Shown one piece after another: positions 38,442-48,551 of a DNA stretch of 53,114 bases. The notes beneath the pieces were generated by a model. It saw only the letters and a program-made list of their open reading frames with translations. It searched no databases and was not told the origin of the DNA. The first letter of the stretch is position 1. Every line of letters begins with the position of its first letter. Location of the stretch: positions 1 to 53,114 of the forward strand of contig CAZGGW010000002.1 of the NCBI GenBank assembly GCA_964525365.1, read 5' to 3'. Origin of the DNA: an uncultured Muribaculaceae bacterium (lineage in GTDB: Bacteria; Bacillota_I; Bacilli_A; RF39; UBA660). Position numbers and translations under genes: made by a program.

Positions 38442-39242
38442 AAAATAATAGCTATAAAATTCAAAGAAAATGGAAAAAATTATTATTTTGATACAAATAA
38501 TTTAGATTTGAATTTTGGAGATAACGTAATAGTGGACACAGAAAAAGGTCTACAATTTGGAAACGTTTGCTCTGAAGAAATTGTTATTGATAATGAAAAA
38601 AAAGATGATTACTATAATAAAATATTAAAAGTAGCAAATGAAAAAGATATTGAAGCAAATATAAGAAATGATATAGATGCTATGAAAGCTTTGGAAAAAG
38701 CTAAAGAGATTTCACTAAATTTAAAATTAAATATGAAATTTATTGAAGCAAAGTTTAATTTTGATCGTACACAATTAATATTTTATTTTAACGCAGAAAA
38801 TCGAGTTGACTTTAGAGAACTAGCAAAACAGTTAGCTTCAATATATAGAACAAGAATAGAATTAAGACAAATTGGAGTAAGAGATAAAGCTAAAGCTATT
38901 TCTGGAGTTGGTGTATGTGGAAGAAAACTATGTTGTTCCGCATTTTTGAAAGATTTAGATTCCGTATCAATTAACATGGCAAAAAATCAGAATATTGCCT
39001 TAAATCCAAATAAAATAAATGGCGCGTGTGGTCGCTTATTGTGTTGTTTGAATTTTGAAGACTGTTTATATACGCAAAATAGAAAGGACATGCCAGAAGT
39101 TGGAGAAGTAATAGAGTTAGAAGGTAAAAAAGGAATTGTAAGTTTTATAGATATTCCAAACAAAAAATATATAGTTAATTGTGAGAATGGTGGGAAGATA
39201 GAGGTTTGCCTTGAAGAAGAATGCGAAAATTGTGATAAATGA
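38442..39242 (+). CDS. ricT: PSP1-domain stage 0 sporulation protein YaaT/RicT
   Basis: MKIIAIKFKENGKNYYFD parallels the B. subtilis YaaT N-terminus. Cys clusters are GVCGRKLCCSAFL and GACGRLLCCLNFE. An alternative start lies at 38415. Confidence 0.85.
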   Translation, partial: KIIAIKFKENGKNYYFDTNNLDLNFGDNVIVDTEKGLQFGNVCSEEIVIDNEKKDDYYNKILKVANEKDIEANIRNDIDAMKALEKAKEISLNLKLNMKFIEAKFNFDRTQLIFYFNAENRVDFRELAKQLASIYRTRIELRQIGVRDKAKAISGVGVCGRKLCCSAFLKDLDSVSINMAKNQNIALNPNKINGACGRLLCCLNFEDCLYTQNRKDMPEVGEVIELEGKKGIVSFIDIPNKKYIVNCENGGKIEVCLEEECENCDK

Positions 39243-39948
39243 TTTGGTGGGATTTAAGTGCAGAAAAATATTTCAATGTGAAGATTATTTAAAATTTAGT
39301 TTAGATTCAATATTATTGTCAAACTTTGTTACAATTAAAAAATCTGCACAAAAAATATTAGATATAGGAACAGGCAATGCTCCAATTCCACTTATTTTAT
39401 CTACCAGAACTAAAGCAGAAATATACGCCATAGAAATTCAAAAGGAACTTTTTTTATTAGCAGAAAAAACGATAAAGATAAATAATTTAGAAGATCAAGT
39501 TAAAATAATAAATCAAGATATAAAAGAATATTCAAAGATAAGTGAAAGCGATGTTTTTGATATAATAACTTGTAATCCGCCATATTTTAAATTGAATCAA
39601 GAAAGTATAATAAATAAAAATAAAATAAAGTCTGCTGCAAGACATGAAATATCACTTACAACAGAAGGAGTTATTAAGATTTCAAGAAAACTATTAAAAA
39701 ACAATGGAAGTTTAGTTTTAATTCATCGCACGGAACGTTTAGCAGAAATTATAAACTTATTAAAAAAATACAATTTGGAGCCTAAAAGAGTTCGATTTGT
39801 ATATCCTAAAAAAGGTAAAAATTCAAATTTATTTCTTATAGAGGCAAGTAAAAACGGAAAAATCGGATTAAAACTAGAATATCCACTAATAATAAATGAA
39901 GAAAATGGTAATTATACAAAAAAAGTTTTAGAAATGATGGGGAGATGA
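39211..39948 (+). CDS. Class I SAM-dependent methyltransferase, YabB/TrmN6-like
   Basis: ILDIGTGNAPIP and CNPPYF motifs. It occupies the position of B. subtilis yabB. The start codon is uncertain (TTG at 39211 or a downstream GTG). Confidence 0.7.
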   Translation: MKKNAKIVINDLVGFKCRKIFQCEDYLKFSLDSILLSNFVTIKKSAQKILDIGTGNAPIPLILSTRTKAEIYAIEIQKELFLLAEKTIKINNLEDQVKIINQDIKEYSKISESDVFDIITCNPPYFKLNQESIINKNKIKSAARHEISLTTEGVIKISRKLLKNNGSLVLIHRTERLAEIINLLKKYNLEPKRVRFVYPKKGKNSNLFLIEASKNGKIGLKLEYPLIINEENGNYTKKVLEMMGR

Positions 39949-40805
39949 AAATGCAGGTTCAAAAAAGTTATGAAAATAGTGAAAAAGGAAAATTATATAT
40001 TATTCCAACGCCAATAGGTAATGTAGAAGATATAACTTTGAGATCAATTAATATATTAAAGTATGTAGATGTTATATATTCTGAAGATACAAGGGAAACA
40101 AAAAAACTACTTGATAAATTAGACATAAAGAAAGTTTTAATATCATGTCATAAGTATAATGAGAACAAAATAAAGAATGATTTGGTAAAAGAATTGAAAA
40201 CCGGCAAAAACCTTGCTCTTGTCACAGATAGAGGAACTCCTCTGATTAGTGATCCGGGCTTTATTGTTTCTAAATTTTGTATAGAAAATGGTATAGACGT
40301 TATAGCTTTACCAGGCGCCAGCGCACTTTTACCAGCATTAAATATGTCTGGAATTGAATCAAATCATTTTTTGTTTTATGGCTTTTTGAATAATAAAGAT
40401 TCAATAGTAAAAAAAGAAATGAAAGATTTTTTAAAATTCCCTTATACAATAGTAATTTATGAATCTCCACATAGAATAATTAAAACATTGGAAAATATGT
40501 TTTCAATATTAGGAAATAGAAATATAAGCATATCTCGTGAAATATCAAAAATTTATGAAGAAGTGTTTAGAGGTACAATTGAAGAAGCATTAAATTATTA
40601 TTTAGAACCCAAAGGTGAATTTGTGATAATACTGGAAAAAGCGGTAATAGAAGAAGAATATGATGAAAATATTTTGCTTACTGAAATAGAAGAACTAATA
40701 AAATCCGGGAATACTAATAAAGATGCTGTACAACTTATATCAAAAAAATATAATATTTCTAAAAATTTATTGTATAATAAATTTGAAAGGAAAAGAAAAA
40801 ACTAA
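39945..40805 (+). CDS. rsmI: 16S rRNA (cytidine1402-2'-O)-methyltransferase RsmI
   Basis: 286 aa: LYIIPTPIGN, YSEDTR, TDRGTPLISDPG, YESPHR. Confidence 0.9.
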   Translation: MKMQVQKSYENSEKGKLYIIPTPIGNVEDITLRSINILKYVDVIYSEDTRETKKLLDKLDIKKVLISCHKYNENKIKNDLVKELKTGKNLALVTDRGTPLISDPGFIVSKFCIENGIDVIALPGASALLPALNMSGIESNHFLFYGFLNNKDSIVKKEMKDFLKFPYTIVIYESPHRIIKTLENMFSILGNRNISISREISKIYEEVFRGTIEEALNYYLEPKGEFVIILEKAVIEEEYDENILLTEIEELIKSGNTNKDAVQLISKKYNISKNLLYNKFERKRKN

Positions 40806-41371
40806 TGAAAATGGTAGTTGGGTTGGGAAATCCCGGAAAGAAATATTTTGATACTAGGCATAACGTTGGATTTATGGTAATTGATAATTATGCCGGTAAG
40901 CGAGAACTATTATTCAAAAAAAAATTTAATGGTTTGTATACTATCTTTAATTTTGATGATGAGAAAATATTATTATTAAAGCCACAAAGTTTTATGAATT
41001 TGTCAGGAGAAGTAGTAAAAAAATATTGTGATTTTTTTAAAATTAATTATAATGACATAATAATCATTTATGATGATATGTCTTTTGATGTTGGAACATT
41101 TAAATTAAAAAAATCAGGCTCAAGTGCAGGACATAATGGTATGAAAAATATAATAGATTGTCTTCACACAGAGGATATTAGAAGATTAAGAATAGGCATC
41201 TCAAAAAGTATTGAAAACAAAATCAATTATGTCATTAGTCCTTTTGAGATTTCCGAAAAAGAAGATATTAAAAAAGTGATAAATATTACTTTTGATATAA
41301 TACAAGATTATTTAACAGAACCATTTGATTTATTAATGAATAAATATAATAGAAATGACAGCACTATATAA
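40805..41371 (+). CDS. pth: Peptidyl-tRNA hydrolase
   Basis: 188 aa: MVVGLGNPGKKYFDTRHNVGF, SSAGHNGMKNI. Confidence 0.95.
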   Translation: MKMVVGLGNPGKKYFDTRHNVGFMVIDNYAGKRELLFKKKFNGLYTIFNFDDEKILLLKPQSFMNLSGEVVKKYCDFFKINYNDIIIIYDDMSFDVGTFKLKKSGSSAGHNGMKNIIDCLHTEDIRRLRIGISKSIENKINYVISPFEISEKEDIKKVINITFDIIQDYLTEPFDLLMNKYNRNDSTI

Positions 41372-44300
41372 AAAAATATTTAATTTTAAATTAAAAAATA
41401 ATTTAAAAATTTCTGTGCAAGATAACGAATTATATAATCAATTATTATTATATATTTATTCGTTATGTCCAAAAAATTTTTTAATATTAACTTCAAATTT
41501 AAACGAAGCAAGCAAAATATATAATAATTTAAAAAATTATGAGCAAAATGTTTTTATATTTCCAGATGATGATTATTTAACAAAAAAAGCAATAGCTTCT
41601 TCGCCTGAATTGACTATGATGAGATTGGATTTGTTAAATAAAATAAATATTTTAGATAAAAAAATAGTTATTTGTCATTTAAACAGTTTTTTAAAAAAAA
41701 TACCATCCCCAGAAAAATATTTATCTAATCGCATAAATTTAAAAAAGAAATTTAATATTAATAGAGCAAAATTTATAAATAAATTATTGGAAATGGGTTA
41801 TGTAAAAGAAACAATAGCTTCTAGTACAGGAGAATTTGCGATAAGAGGTTTTATCATTGATATATTCCCGTTTTGTGAGGAACATCCTATTAGAATAGAA
41901 CTGTTTGAAAATGAAGTGGAGAATTTAAAAATCTTTGATGAAAATACTCAACGCACAATATCGGATATAGAAAGTATAACTATATTACCCGTACGGGATG
42001 AATACAATGATAATGATTCAAATATAATTAATTATTTAGATAATCCATATATATTAGTTCAAGATTATAATAAAATAATATTAACAGAAAACAATCTTAA
42101 AGAACAAATTAAATATTACAAAGAAGAATCGTTCCAAGATTTTTCTTTTCAAGATTTTTTAAATAATAATTTAATATATGTAGATTTAATTGATAATAAG
42201 GGTAAATATGATTATGAATACCACTCTAAAAATCAAAGAAATTATAATGAAAATATAAAAGGTTTTATTGAAGATATTAATGATAGTGCTAAAGCCGTTT
42301 TATATAGTCAAAATAAAAATATAATAGAAAGAATAAATTTAAAAAATGTTGATTTAAAAAAAGAATATTTAAATAAAGGATTTGTTTTTGATAATATAAG
42401 TTATTTTTGTGATAACGATTTAAAGAAAGAAATTAATAATTATAGTTTTAAAAGTCTATATAGATTAGGGAAAAAAATAGATTCGGTTGGAAATATAAAA
42501 ATAAAAGATTTTGTAGTTCATAAAGATCATGGTATTGGTATTTATAATGGAATAGTAACAATAGAAAAAAATAGTATAAAACGTGACTATATATTAATTA
42601 ATTATAAAGGTTCTGATAAGCTATATTTGCCAGTTGAAAATATTAATAAACTATATAAGTATTCTGGTAAAGAAGGAGCAAGGCCCAAACTTCAAAAGCT
42701 TAATAGTAAAGAATGGAATTATACGAAAGAAAAAATAAAAAATAAAATAAAAGATGTTACAGAAGAACTATTAAATATATATAGAGTAAGAAATCTTGCA
42801 AAAATAGAACCATTTTTGCCCGATAGTAGTTTACAAATAGAATTTGAAAAAAAATTTGAATTTGATGAAACGCTGGACCAAATTAAAGCAATTAATGATA
42901 TAAAATCAGATTTTGAAGGTTCAATTCCGATGGATAGGTTATTGTGTGGTGATGTTGGTTACGGAAAAACGGAAGTTATTTTTCGCGCAATGTTTAAAAC
43001 TGTAGATAATTTAAAACAAGTAATGTATTTATGTCCAACAACTGTGTTATCGTTTCAGCAATACAATAATGCATTAAACAGATTTCGATCATTTGGAGTT
43101 AACATTGCTCTTTTAAATAGATATGTTTCTAAAAAGTCGGCAAAAAAAATACTAGAGGAATTTGCGTTGGGAAAAATAGATATTATTATTGGAACTCATA
43201 GATTATTAAGTGAAGATATAAAGCCAAAAGATTTGGGATTACTTGTAATTGATGAAGAACATAGATTTGGTGTAATGCACAAAGAAAAAATAAAAAAATT
43301 CAAAAATAACGTACACATTTTGAGTGTTTCGGCCACGCCAATTCCAAGATCTTTACAAATGTCACTGGTGGGTATTAGAGATTTATCGTTAATAGATACT
43401 CCTCCTAAAAACAGACTACCAGTTCAAACTTATGTAATAAATTACGATGAGGTTTTGATAAGAGAAGCAATATTAAAAGAAATAAATCGTGGTGGACAAG
43501 TCTTTGTTTTATATAATAATATAGAAAATATGAACAAAGTAGTAGAAAAATATAAATTCATGCTCCCAGAGTTGAGAATATCGTATGCACACGGGCAAAT
43601 GAACAAAGATACAATCCAAGATATTATGTATAATTTTACTAACAATGAATATGATGTTTTAATAACAACAACTATAATTGAAAATGGTATAGATATTCCA
43701 AATGTTAACACTATAATTATAATTGATGCTGATAAATTTGGATTAAGTCAACTTTATCAAATTCGAGGAAGGGTTGGCAGGAGTGATCGAATAGCTTATG
43801 CATATTTAATGTATAATAAATCTAAAATATTAAATGAAACAGCTATAAAAAGATTAAATGCAATAAAAGAATTTACTGAGCTTGGTAGTGGATACAAGAT
43901 TGCCATGAGAGATTTAAGCATAAGAGGATTTGGAGATTTATTAGGAAAAGAACAATCTGGCTTTATTGATGCAATTGGAGTCGATTTATACTTAGAATTA
44001 ATTAATGAGCAATTAAAAGGCGTTAAAGAAGAAATAGATAATACAAATCAAAAAATAGATGATATTGAAACACACATAGATGAATTATACTCGACTGATG
44101 ATGAGATAATAATTGATTTGCATAAAAAAATTTCTGCCATTTCTAATTTAAATGAATTATTTAAAGTGCAAAGTGAAATAATTGACAGATTTGGAAAAAT
44201 TGATGAAAAATTATATATATATATGTATCAAAAATTATTAGAAAAAGAATTGGAAAAAGAAGAAATAAAAATATTAGAAAACAAAGATTCTTATATTACA

Positions 44301-44504
44301 TTAAAGATAAATGAGGATGTATATAAGAATATAAATATTGAGGAATTATTTGTTAAGAGCATTACTATTACATCTAAATTCAATTTTATTTATAGAAACA
44401 AATCTATAATAATAAAATTAAATAAGTTAAATTTAGAAGAAAATTATATCTTATATTTAGTAAAGTTTGTAAACTTGGTACAAAAAATAAAAAAAAGTGA
44501 TTAA
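41355..44504 (+). CDS. mfd: Transcription-repair coupling factor Mfd
   Basis: 1049 aa: RNAP-interaction region FVVHKDHGIGIYNG, helicase motifs GDVGYGKTEV and DEEHRFG, and the TRG region RGRVGRS. Confidence 0.9.
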   Translation: MTALYKKIFNFKLKNNLKISVQDNELYNQLLLYIYSLCPKNFLILTSNLNEASKIYNNLKNYEQNVFIFPDDDYLTKKAIASSPELTMMRLDLLNKINILDKKIVICHLNSFLKKIPSPEKYLSNRINLKKKFNINRAKFINKLLEMGYVKETIASSTGEFAIRGFIIDIFPFCEEHPIRIELFENEVENLKIFDENTQRTISDIESITILPVRDEYNDNDSNIINYLDNPYILVQDYNKIILTENNLKEQIKYYKEESFQDFSFQDFLNNNLIYVDLIDNKGKYDYEYHSKNQRNYNENIKGFIEDINDSAKAVLYSQNKNIIERINLKNVDLKKEYLNKGFVFDNISYFCDNDLKKEINNYSFKSLYRLGKKIDSVGNIKIKDFVVHKDHGIGIYNGIVTIEKNSIKRDYILINYKGSDKLYLPVENINKLYKYSGKEGARPKLQKLNSKEWNYTKEKIKNKIKDVTEELLNIYRVRNLAKIEPFLPDSSLQIEFEKKFEFDETLDQIKAINDIKSDFEGSIPMDRLLCGDVGYGKTEVIFRAMFKTVDNLKQVMYLCPTTVLSFQQYNNALNRFRSFGVNIALLNRYVSKKSAKKILEEFALGKIDIIIGTHRLLSEDIKPKDLGLLVIDEEHRFGVMHKEKIKKFKNNVHILSVSATPIPRSLQMSLVGIRDLSLIDTPPKNRLPVQTYVINYDEVLIREAILKEINRGGQVFVLYNNIENMNKVVEKYKFMLPELRISYAHGQMNKDTIQDIMYNFTNNEYDVLITTTIIENGIDIPNVNTIIIIDADKFGLSQLYQIRGRVGRSDRIAYAYLMYNKSKILNETAIKRLNAIKEFTELGSGYKIAMRDLSIRGFGDLLGKEQSGFIDAIGVDLYLELINEQLKGVKEEIDNTNQKIDDIETHIDELYSTDDEIIIDLHKKISAISNLNELFKVQSEIIDRFGKIDEKLYIYMYQKLLEKELEKEEIKILENKDSYITLKINEDVYKNINIEELFVKSITITSKFNFIYRNKSIIIKLNKLNLEENYILYLVKFVNLVQKIKKSD

Positions 44505-44995
44505 CTTTTTTTATTTTCTTTAAATCTATTCATATCGCTTTCAATTAGACTTAATGCTTCTTTTTTGTTGTGAAAGCTTTTGGTAATTACAACTATATTT
44601 TGTAACGTTTTATAATTTTCAAAAAAATCCTTTATTTCCGCTAATTGATGTGGAGGAAGATTTGAAATATCATCAATATGATTGAATCTAGGATCTTTGT
44701 CAACCACGCCAATGACTTTTTGATCTTCTTGATTATTGTCGATTACACTAAGATATCCTATTACTCTTGCATCTACGATACACCCAGGAAAAGTTGGATA
44801 ACTACTTATTACTAAAATGTCTAGAGGATCTTCATCTCCAGAAAGAGTGTTATTAATATATCCATATTCTCCCGGATAGGTTAAAGAAGAAAATAAAACT
44901 CTATCTAATTTGATTTTTCCGCTTTTCATGTCAACTTCAAATTTGTTTTTTGTGCCCATTGGGATTTCAATAATACTTTCAACTATATCTTTCAT
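44501..44995 (-). CDS. ppa: Family I inorganic pyrophosphatase
   Basis: The ATG at 44995 has RBS AAGAGG. Motifs: IEIPMGTKNKFEVD, YPGEYGYI, DEDPLDILV. The 70 codons upstream in the track ORF are antisense to spoVT and hydrophobic junk. Confidence 0.9.
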   Translation of the reverse strand: MKDIVESIIEIPMGTKNKFEVDMKSGKIKLDRVLFSSLTYPGEYGYINNTLSGDEDPLDILVISSYPTFPGCIVDARVIGYLSVIDNNQEDQKVIGVVDKDPRFNHIDDISNLPPHQLAEIKDFFENYKTLQNIVVITKSFHNKKEALSLIESDMNRFKENKKS

Positions 44996-45051
44996 GCAAA
45001 CCTCTTTTCTATGAAAATTATATTTTATAAAAACATAAAAGTCAATAATTA

Positions 45052-45080
45052 GTATAAATTTCCACCTTTCAAACAAACTA
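45052..45080 (+). promoter_or_regulatory. Candidate forespore (sigma-F/G-type) promoter of spoVT
   Basis: GTATA (45052-45056)-17 nt-CAAACTA (45074-45080) resembles the sigma-G consensus GnATA-17/18-CATAnTA. B. subtilis spoVT is sigma-G dependent. Confidence 0.4.
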
Positions 45081-45095
45081 TAATTAGGAGATAAA

Positions 45096-45605
45096 ATGAG
45101 CGGAATTGTAAGAAAAGTTGATGATTTGGGGAGAATAGTAATACCTAAAGAAATAAGAAAAAATTTAGATATAAAAAATAATGATGAAATAGAAATAATT
45201 TGCAATGAAAACCACCTTGTCTTAAAAAAATATTATAAGTTAAAAGAAAAAATTGAAGTAATAAAAGATACGTTTAATATGTTCGATAAATTAATGACTT
45301 TTGATTATATTTTAGCAGACAAAGATAAAGTTATATATAGTAGTATAAAAGATACAAATGTTATTAATCAAAAAATATCAAAACAAGTGTTAGACTTTAT
45401 CATAGATGCCAGAAAACTTTCAATAAAAGATAATATAAAAATAACTGATTATTATGATTTAAACGCTTTTTTTTATATTGTTCCAATTATAATTGATACA
45501 GATAGTAAAGGAATAATAATCGGCGCGAAAAGTACTGATTTTTTAGAAGGAGAAAAAGTATTGATTAACGCTATTGAAATAATACTAAAAAATCAAATTG
45601 AATAA
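45096..45605 (+). CDS. spoVT: Stage V sporulation protein T (AbrB-type N-domain + GAF-like C-domain)
   Basis: GIVRKVDDLGRIVIPKEIRKNLDIKNNDEIEI matches the SpoVT/AbrB swapped-hairpin domain. The 169-aa length and the position after mfd both match spoVT. Confidence 0.85.
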   Translation: MSGIVRKVDDLGRIVIPKEIRKNLDIKNNDEIEIICNENHLVLKKYYKLKEKIEVIKDTFNMFDKLMTFDYILADKDKVIYSSIKDTNVINQKISKQVLDFIIDARKLSIKDNIKITDYYDLNAFFYIVPIIIDTDSKGIIIGAKSTDFLEGEKVLINAIEIILKNQIE

Positions 45606-45643
45606 AATTTACACATATGTTATCCTTAACTAAGGAGATGACA

Positions 45644-46123
45644 ATGAGAAAATTCGAAAAAATTAGTTTTAATGAATTTAAAAAAAGTATTTCAAACGAT
45701 ATAGATCTTTATAATTCATATCAATTACCAGTTAGAAAAACTATTGCAAGTGCTGGATACGACTTTGAATTAATTGAAAGTATAAAAATAAAACCCAATG
45801 AAATATTGGTTATTTCTTCTGGAATAAAAATTCAAATGGAAAAAGATGAAATGTTAATGCTTATAGTCAGAAGTAGTATTGGTTTTAAATATAATGTTCG
45901 TCTTACAAATCAAGTTGGAATTATAGAAAGTGATTATTATAATAATGTTGATAATGAAGGACACATAAAATTTTCTTTACAAAATCATGGTAATGAAACT
46001 TTTGAAATGGAAAAGGGAAAATGTGTGGTACAGGGTATAATCACAAAATTTTTGGTAGTAGATAATGAAAAACCGACAACAACAAAGCGAATTGGAGGTT
46101 TTGGCAGCACGAATAATGGCTAA
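45644..46123 (+). CDS. dut: dUTP diphosphatase
   Basis: The ATG at 45644 has RBS AAGGAG. Motifs: ASAGYDF, VRSSIGFK, GIIESDYY, and the C-terminal GGFGSTN. Confidence 0.8.
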   Translation: MRKFEKISFNEFKKSISNDIDLYNSYQLPVRKTIASAGYDFELIESIKIKPNEILVISSGIKIQMEKDEMLMLIVRSSIGFKYNVRLTNQVGIIESDYYNNVDNEGHIKFSLQNHGNETFEMEKGKCVVQGIITKFLVVDNEKPTTTKRIGGFGSTNNG

Positions 46124-46208
46124 CTTTGTAAAGTTTTGTCAATCAAAATCTTTTTTTGTCGCTTTTGTAGAAATTTAATAATAAGTTTGATATATTAAAG
46201 TAGATATT

Positions 46209-46391
46209 ATGAAAAAGAAAAAAAGAATTTTAAGAAAATATTTTTGTTTTGTATTACTTAGTGCAATAGTAAGCAGCACTTGTTTTTCGTTAGTTATTAA
46301 TAAAAATTCACACGCGTTATATTATTATATTTTTGTTGTATTTTTAGGAATAGAAATTATTAGATTTTTGCATGTCACATTTTTTGAATAG
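46209..46391 (+). CDS. Hypothetical small membrane protein (60 aa)
   Basis: The ORF is in the co-directional strand and has two hydrophobic segments. There is no clear RBS and no recognisable family. Confidence 0.3.
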   Translation: MKKKKRILRKYFCFVLLSAIVSSTCFSLVINKNSHALYYYIFVVFLGIEIIRFLHVTFFE

Positions 46392-46399
46392 GAGAATTT

Positions 46400-47152
46400 A
46401 TGTTTATTGACACACACGCTCATGTATACTCTAGTGAATATTCAGATATAAATAAAGTGATAAAAAATGCTATCGAAAAAAATGTATCTATTATATTTGA
46501 TTGCGCTGAAGATATTAAAAGTTTAAATGAAATAATACAAATTTCTAAAAAACATTTGCATATAATATATCCGATTGGCGGAATACATCCTCTAAATATA
46601 AATAATGAGAGCGTTAAAGATTTAAAAATTTTAGAAGGAATATTACAAAGCAATGTTCTTCTTGGTATTGGAGAAATAGGACTTGATTACTATTATTCTA
46701 AAAAAGATAAAGATTTTCAAAAAGAAATATTTGAAAAGCAATTAAAATTATCTGTTAAGTATAAATTACCAGTTATAATACATTCTCGAGATGCAACTGA
46801 AGATACAATTAATATTTTAAAAAAATATGATGTTAAGGGAATAATTCATTGCTTTAGCGGCAGTATAGAAACCGCAAAAAAGTATATATCAATGGGATTT
46901 TTAATAGGAGTTGGAGGAGTTTTAACTTTTAAGAATAGTAAATTAAAAGAAGTAATAGCTAAAATAGATTTGTGTAATCTAGTCTTAGAAACAGATTCTC
47001 CATTTTTGACACCAGACCCATATAGATCACAAAAAAATGAACCGCAATACATACCTATAATAGCTTCTAAGCTAGCGGAAATTAAAAATGTAGAGGTTGA
47101 GGAAGTGGCAAGAATAACATCTCAGAATGTACATACCATTTTTGACTTTTAA
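46400..47152 (+). CDS. tatD: TatD-family metal-dependent hydrolase (YabD)
   Basis: 250 aa: FIDTHAH, IGEIGLDY, IIHSRDA, IIHCFSG, ETDSPFL. Confidence 0.9.
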   Translation: MFIDTHAHVYSSEYSDINKVIKNAIEKNVSIIFDCAEDIKSLNEIIQISKKHLHIIYPIGGIHPLNINNESVKDLKILEGILQSNVLLGIGEIGLDYYYSKKDKDFQKEIFEKQLKLSVKYKLPVIIHSRDATEDTINILKKYDVKGIIHCFSGSIETAKKYISMGFLIGVGGVLTFKNSKLKEVIAKIDLCNLVLETDSPFLTPDPYRSQKNEPQYIPIIASKLAEIKNVEVEEVARITSQNVHTIFDF

Positions 47153-47191
47153 CAACAATTATGATAAAATATATTTGTTAGGAAAAGCAAA

Positions 47192-47743
47192 ATGCAAGAA
47201 TTTAGAAAGAAAGATTTTTTTGGCTTTATCAAATTTATTTTAATCGTATTTGTAGTGGTGATTTTTAACAAGGAAACAAGGGAAACTGTAAATTTTAATG
47301 TTACTACTAATGAAAATAATAATAAATATACCGAAGTGGCCGTTATAGAAAATATACAAAAAGAGATTGAAGAAACCGAATCTTACACACCCATCTCTAC
47401 GTTTTTTGGAGAGTTAACTGGATATTCAGGAAATTGTAAAAAATGTTCGGGGATTTTAGCTTGTAAGCCAAGAACAAATGTATTAGAAGATGGTATATAT
47501 TTTGAAGACGATGATTATGGATCAGTTAGAATAGTGGCAAGTAGCAAAAAGTACCCATGTGGTACTATAATTAGTTTTGAGAAATCCAGTATATCAGAAG
47601 AACCAATCGTAGCTGTTGTAATGGATCGTGGAGTTAGCGGGGATGTAATAGATTTGTTGGTGGAATCAAATGATTATGCGAGAAAAAAAGTTGGAAGGGT
47701 AAGAAATATTGAATTTCAAGTTTTGAGATATGGATGGGAATGA
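47192..47743 (+). CDS. Membrane-anchored 3D-domain protein (YabE/YuiC-like)
   Basis: An N-terminal TM segment is followed by LTGYSGNCKKCSG...VRIVASSKKYPCGT...VVMDRGVSGDVIDLL, typical of the 3D domain. It occupies the position of B. subtilis yabE. Confidence 0.65.
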   Translation: MQEFRKKDFFGFIKFILIVFVVVIFNKETRETVNFNVTTNENNNKYTEVAVIENIQKEIEETESYTPISTFFGELTGYSGNCKKCSGILACKPRTNVLEDGIYFEDDDYGSVRIVASSKKYPCGTIISFEKSSISEEPIVAVVMDRGVSGDVIDLLVESNDYARKKVGRVRNIEFQVLRYGWE

Positions 47744-48518
47744 ATTTAAATTTAAAAAGTCACTAGGTCAAAATTTTTTAGTTGACAATAACATATCAAA
47801 AAAAATAATTGAAATATGTAATTTTGAAAAACAAAACTCTTTAATAATTGAGGTTGGCCCAGGTGGCGGTGCTTTGACAAAATTATTAATAGATGCGGGA
47901 TTTAACGTAATTGCATTCGAAATAGATAAGACATTAAAACCAACACTTGATAAACTTACTTCTGACAATGTAAAAATCATTTATGAAGATTTTTTAAAGG
48001 TGGATTTAGAAAATTATATCAATAGTAAAAAATATGATAAAATCTATTTTGTTTCAAATTTGCCATATTATATAACAACTCCAATAATAAACAAAATAAT
48101 AAACGAAATTGATATAGAAAAAATAGTGATTATGGTCCAAAAAGAAGTTGGGGATAGATTTACCGCAATGCCTTGTACGAAAGAATATAATTCTTTGAGT
48201 GTTTTTTTGCAATATAACTTTAATATAAAAAAAGAATGTTTAGTTAGTAAAAATTGTTTTTTTCCAAAACCAAATGTTGATAGTGTAGTTCTTAGTTTTT
48301 CAAAAAAAGAAAAACCATATGTTAAAGATGAAAAGCAGTTTTATAAGTTAGTTAAAGATTCATTTCGATATAAAAGAAAAACCATAAAAAACAATTTAAA
48401 TGATTATAATTTAGAAAAACTTGAAATGGAATTAAAAAAAATCAATAAAAGTTTATCCACAAGAGCAGAAGAATTGACAATCGAAGATTTTATAAATATA
48501 TCTAATGGAATATCTTAG
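47730..48518 (+). CDS. rsmA: 16S rRNA (adenine1518/1519-N6)-dimethyltransferase RsmA/KsgA
   Basis: 262 aa: KKSLGQNFL, IEVGPGGGALT, SNLPYYITTPI. Confidence 0.95.
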   Translation: MDGNEFKFKKSLGQNFLVDNNISKKIIEICNFEKQNSLIIEVGPGGGALTKLLIDAGFNVIAFEIDKTLKPTLDKLTSDNVKIIYEDFLKVDLENYINSKKYDKIYFVSNLPYYITTPIINKIINEIDIEKIVIMVQKEVGDRFTAMPCTKEYNSLSVFLQYNFNIKKECLVSKNCFFPKPNVDSVVLSFSKKEKPYVKDEKQFYKLVKDSFRYKRKTIKNNLNDYNLEKLEMELKKINKSLSTRAEELTIEDFINISNGIS

Positions 48519-48551
48519 ATATATTTTTATTATTTTAGCATAACATTAAAT

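Noticed and set aside
44996-45205. A 70-codon N-terminal extension of the ppa ORF (track ORF 44501-45205).
   Set aside because: The extension is antisense to the spoVT start and is hydrophobic nonsense. The conserved pyrophosphatase sequence begins at the ATG at 44995, which has a good RBS.
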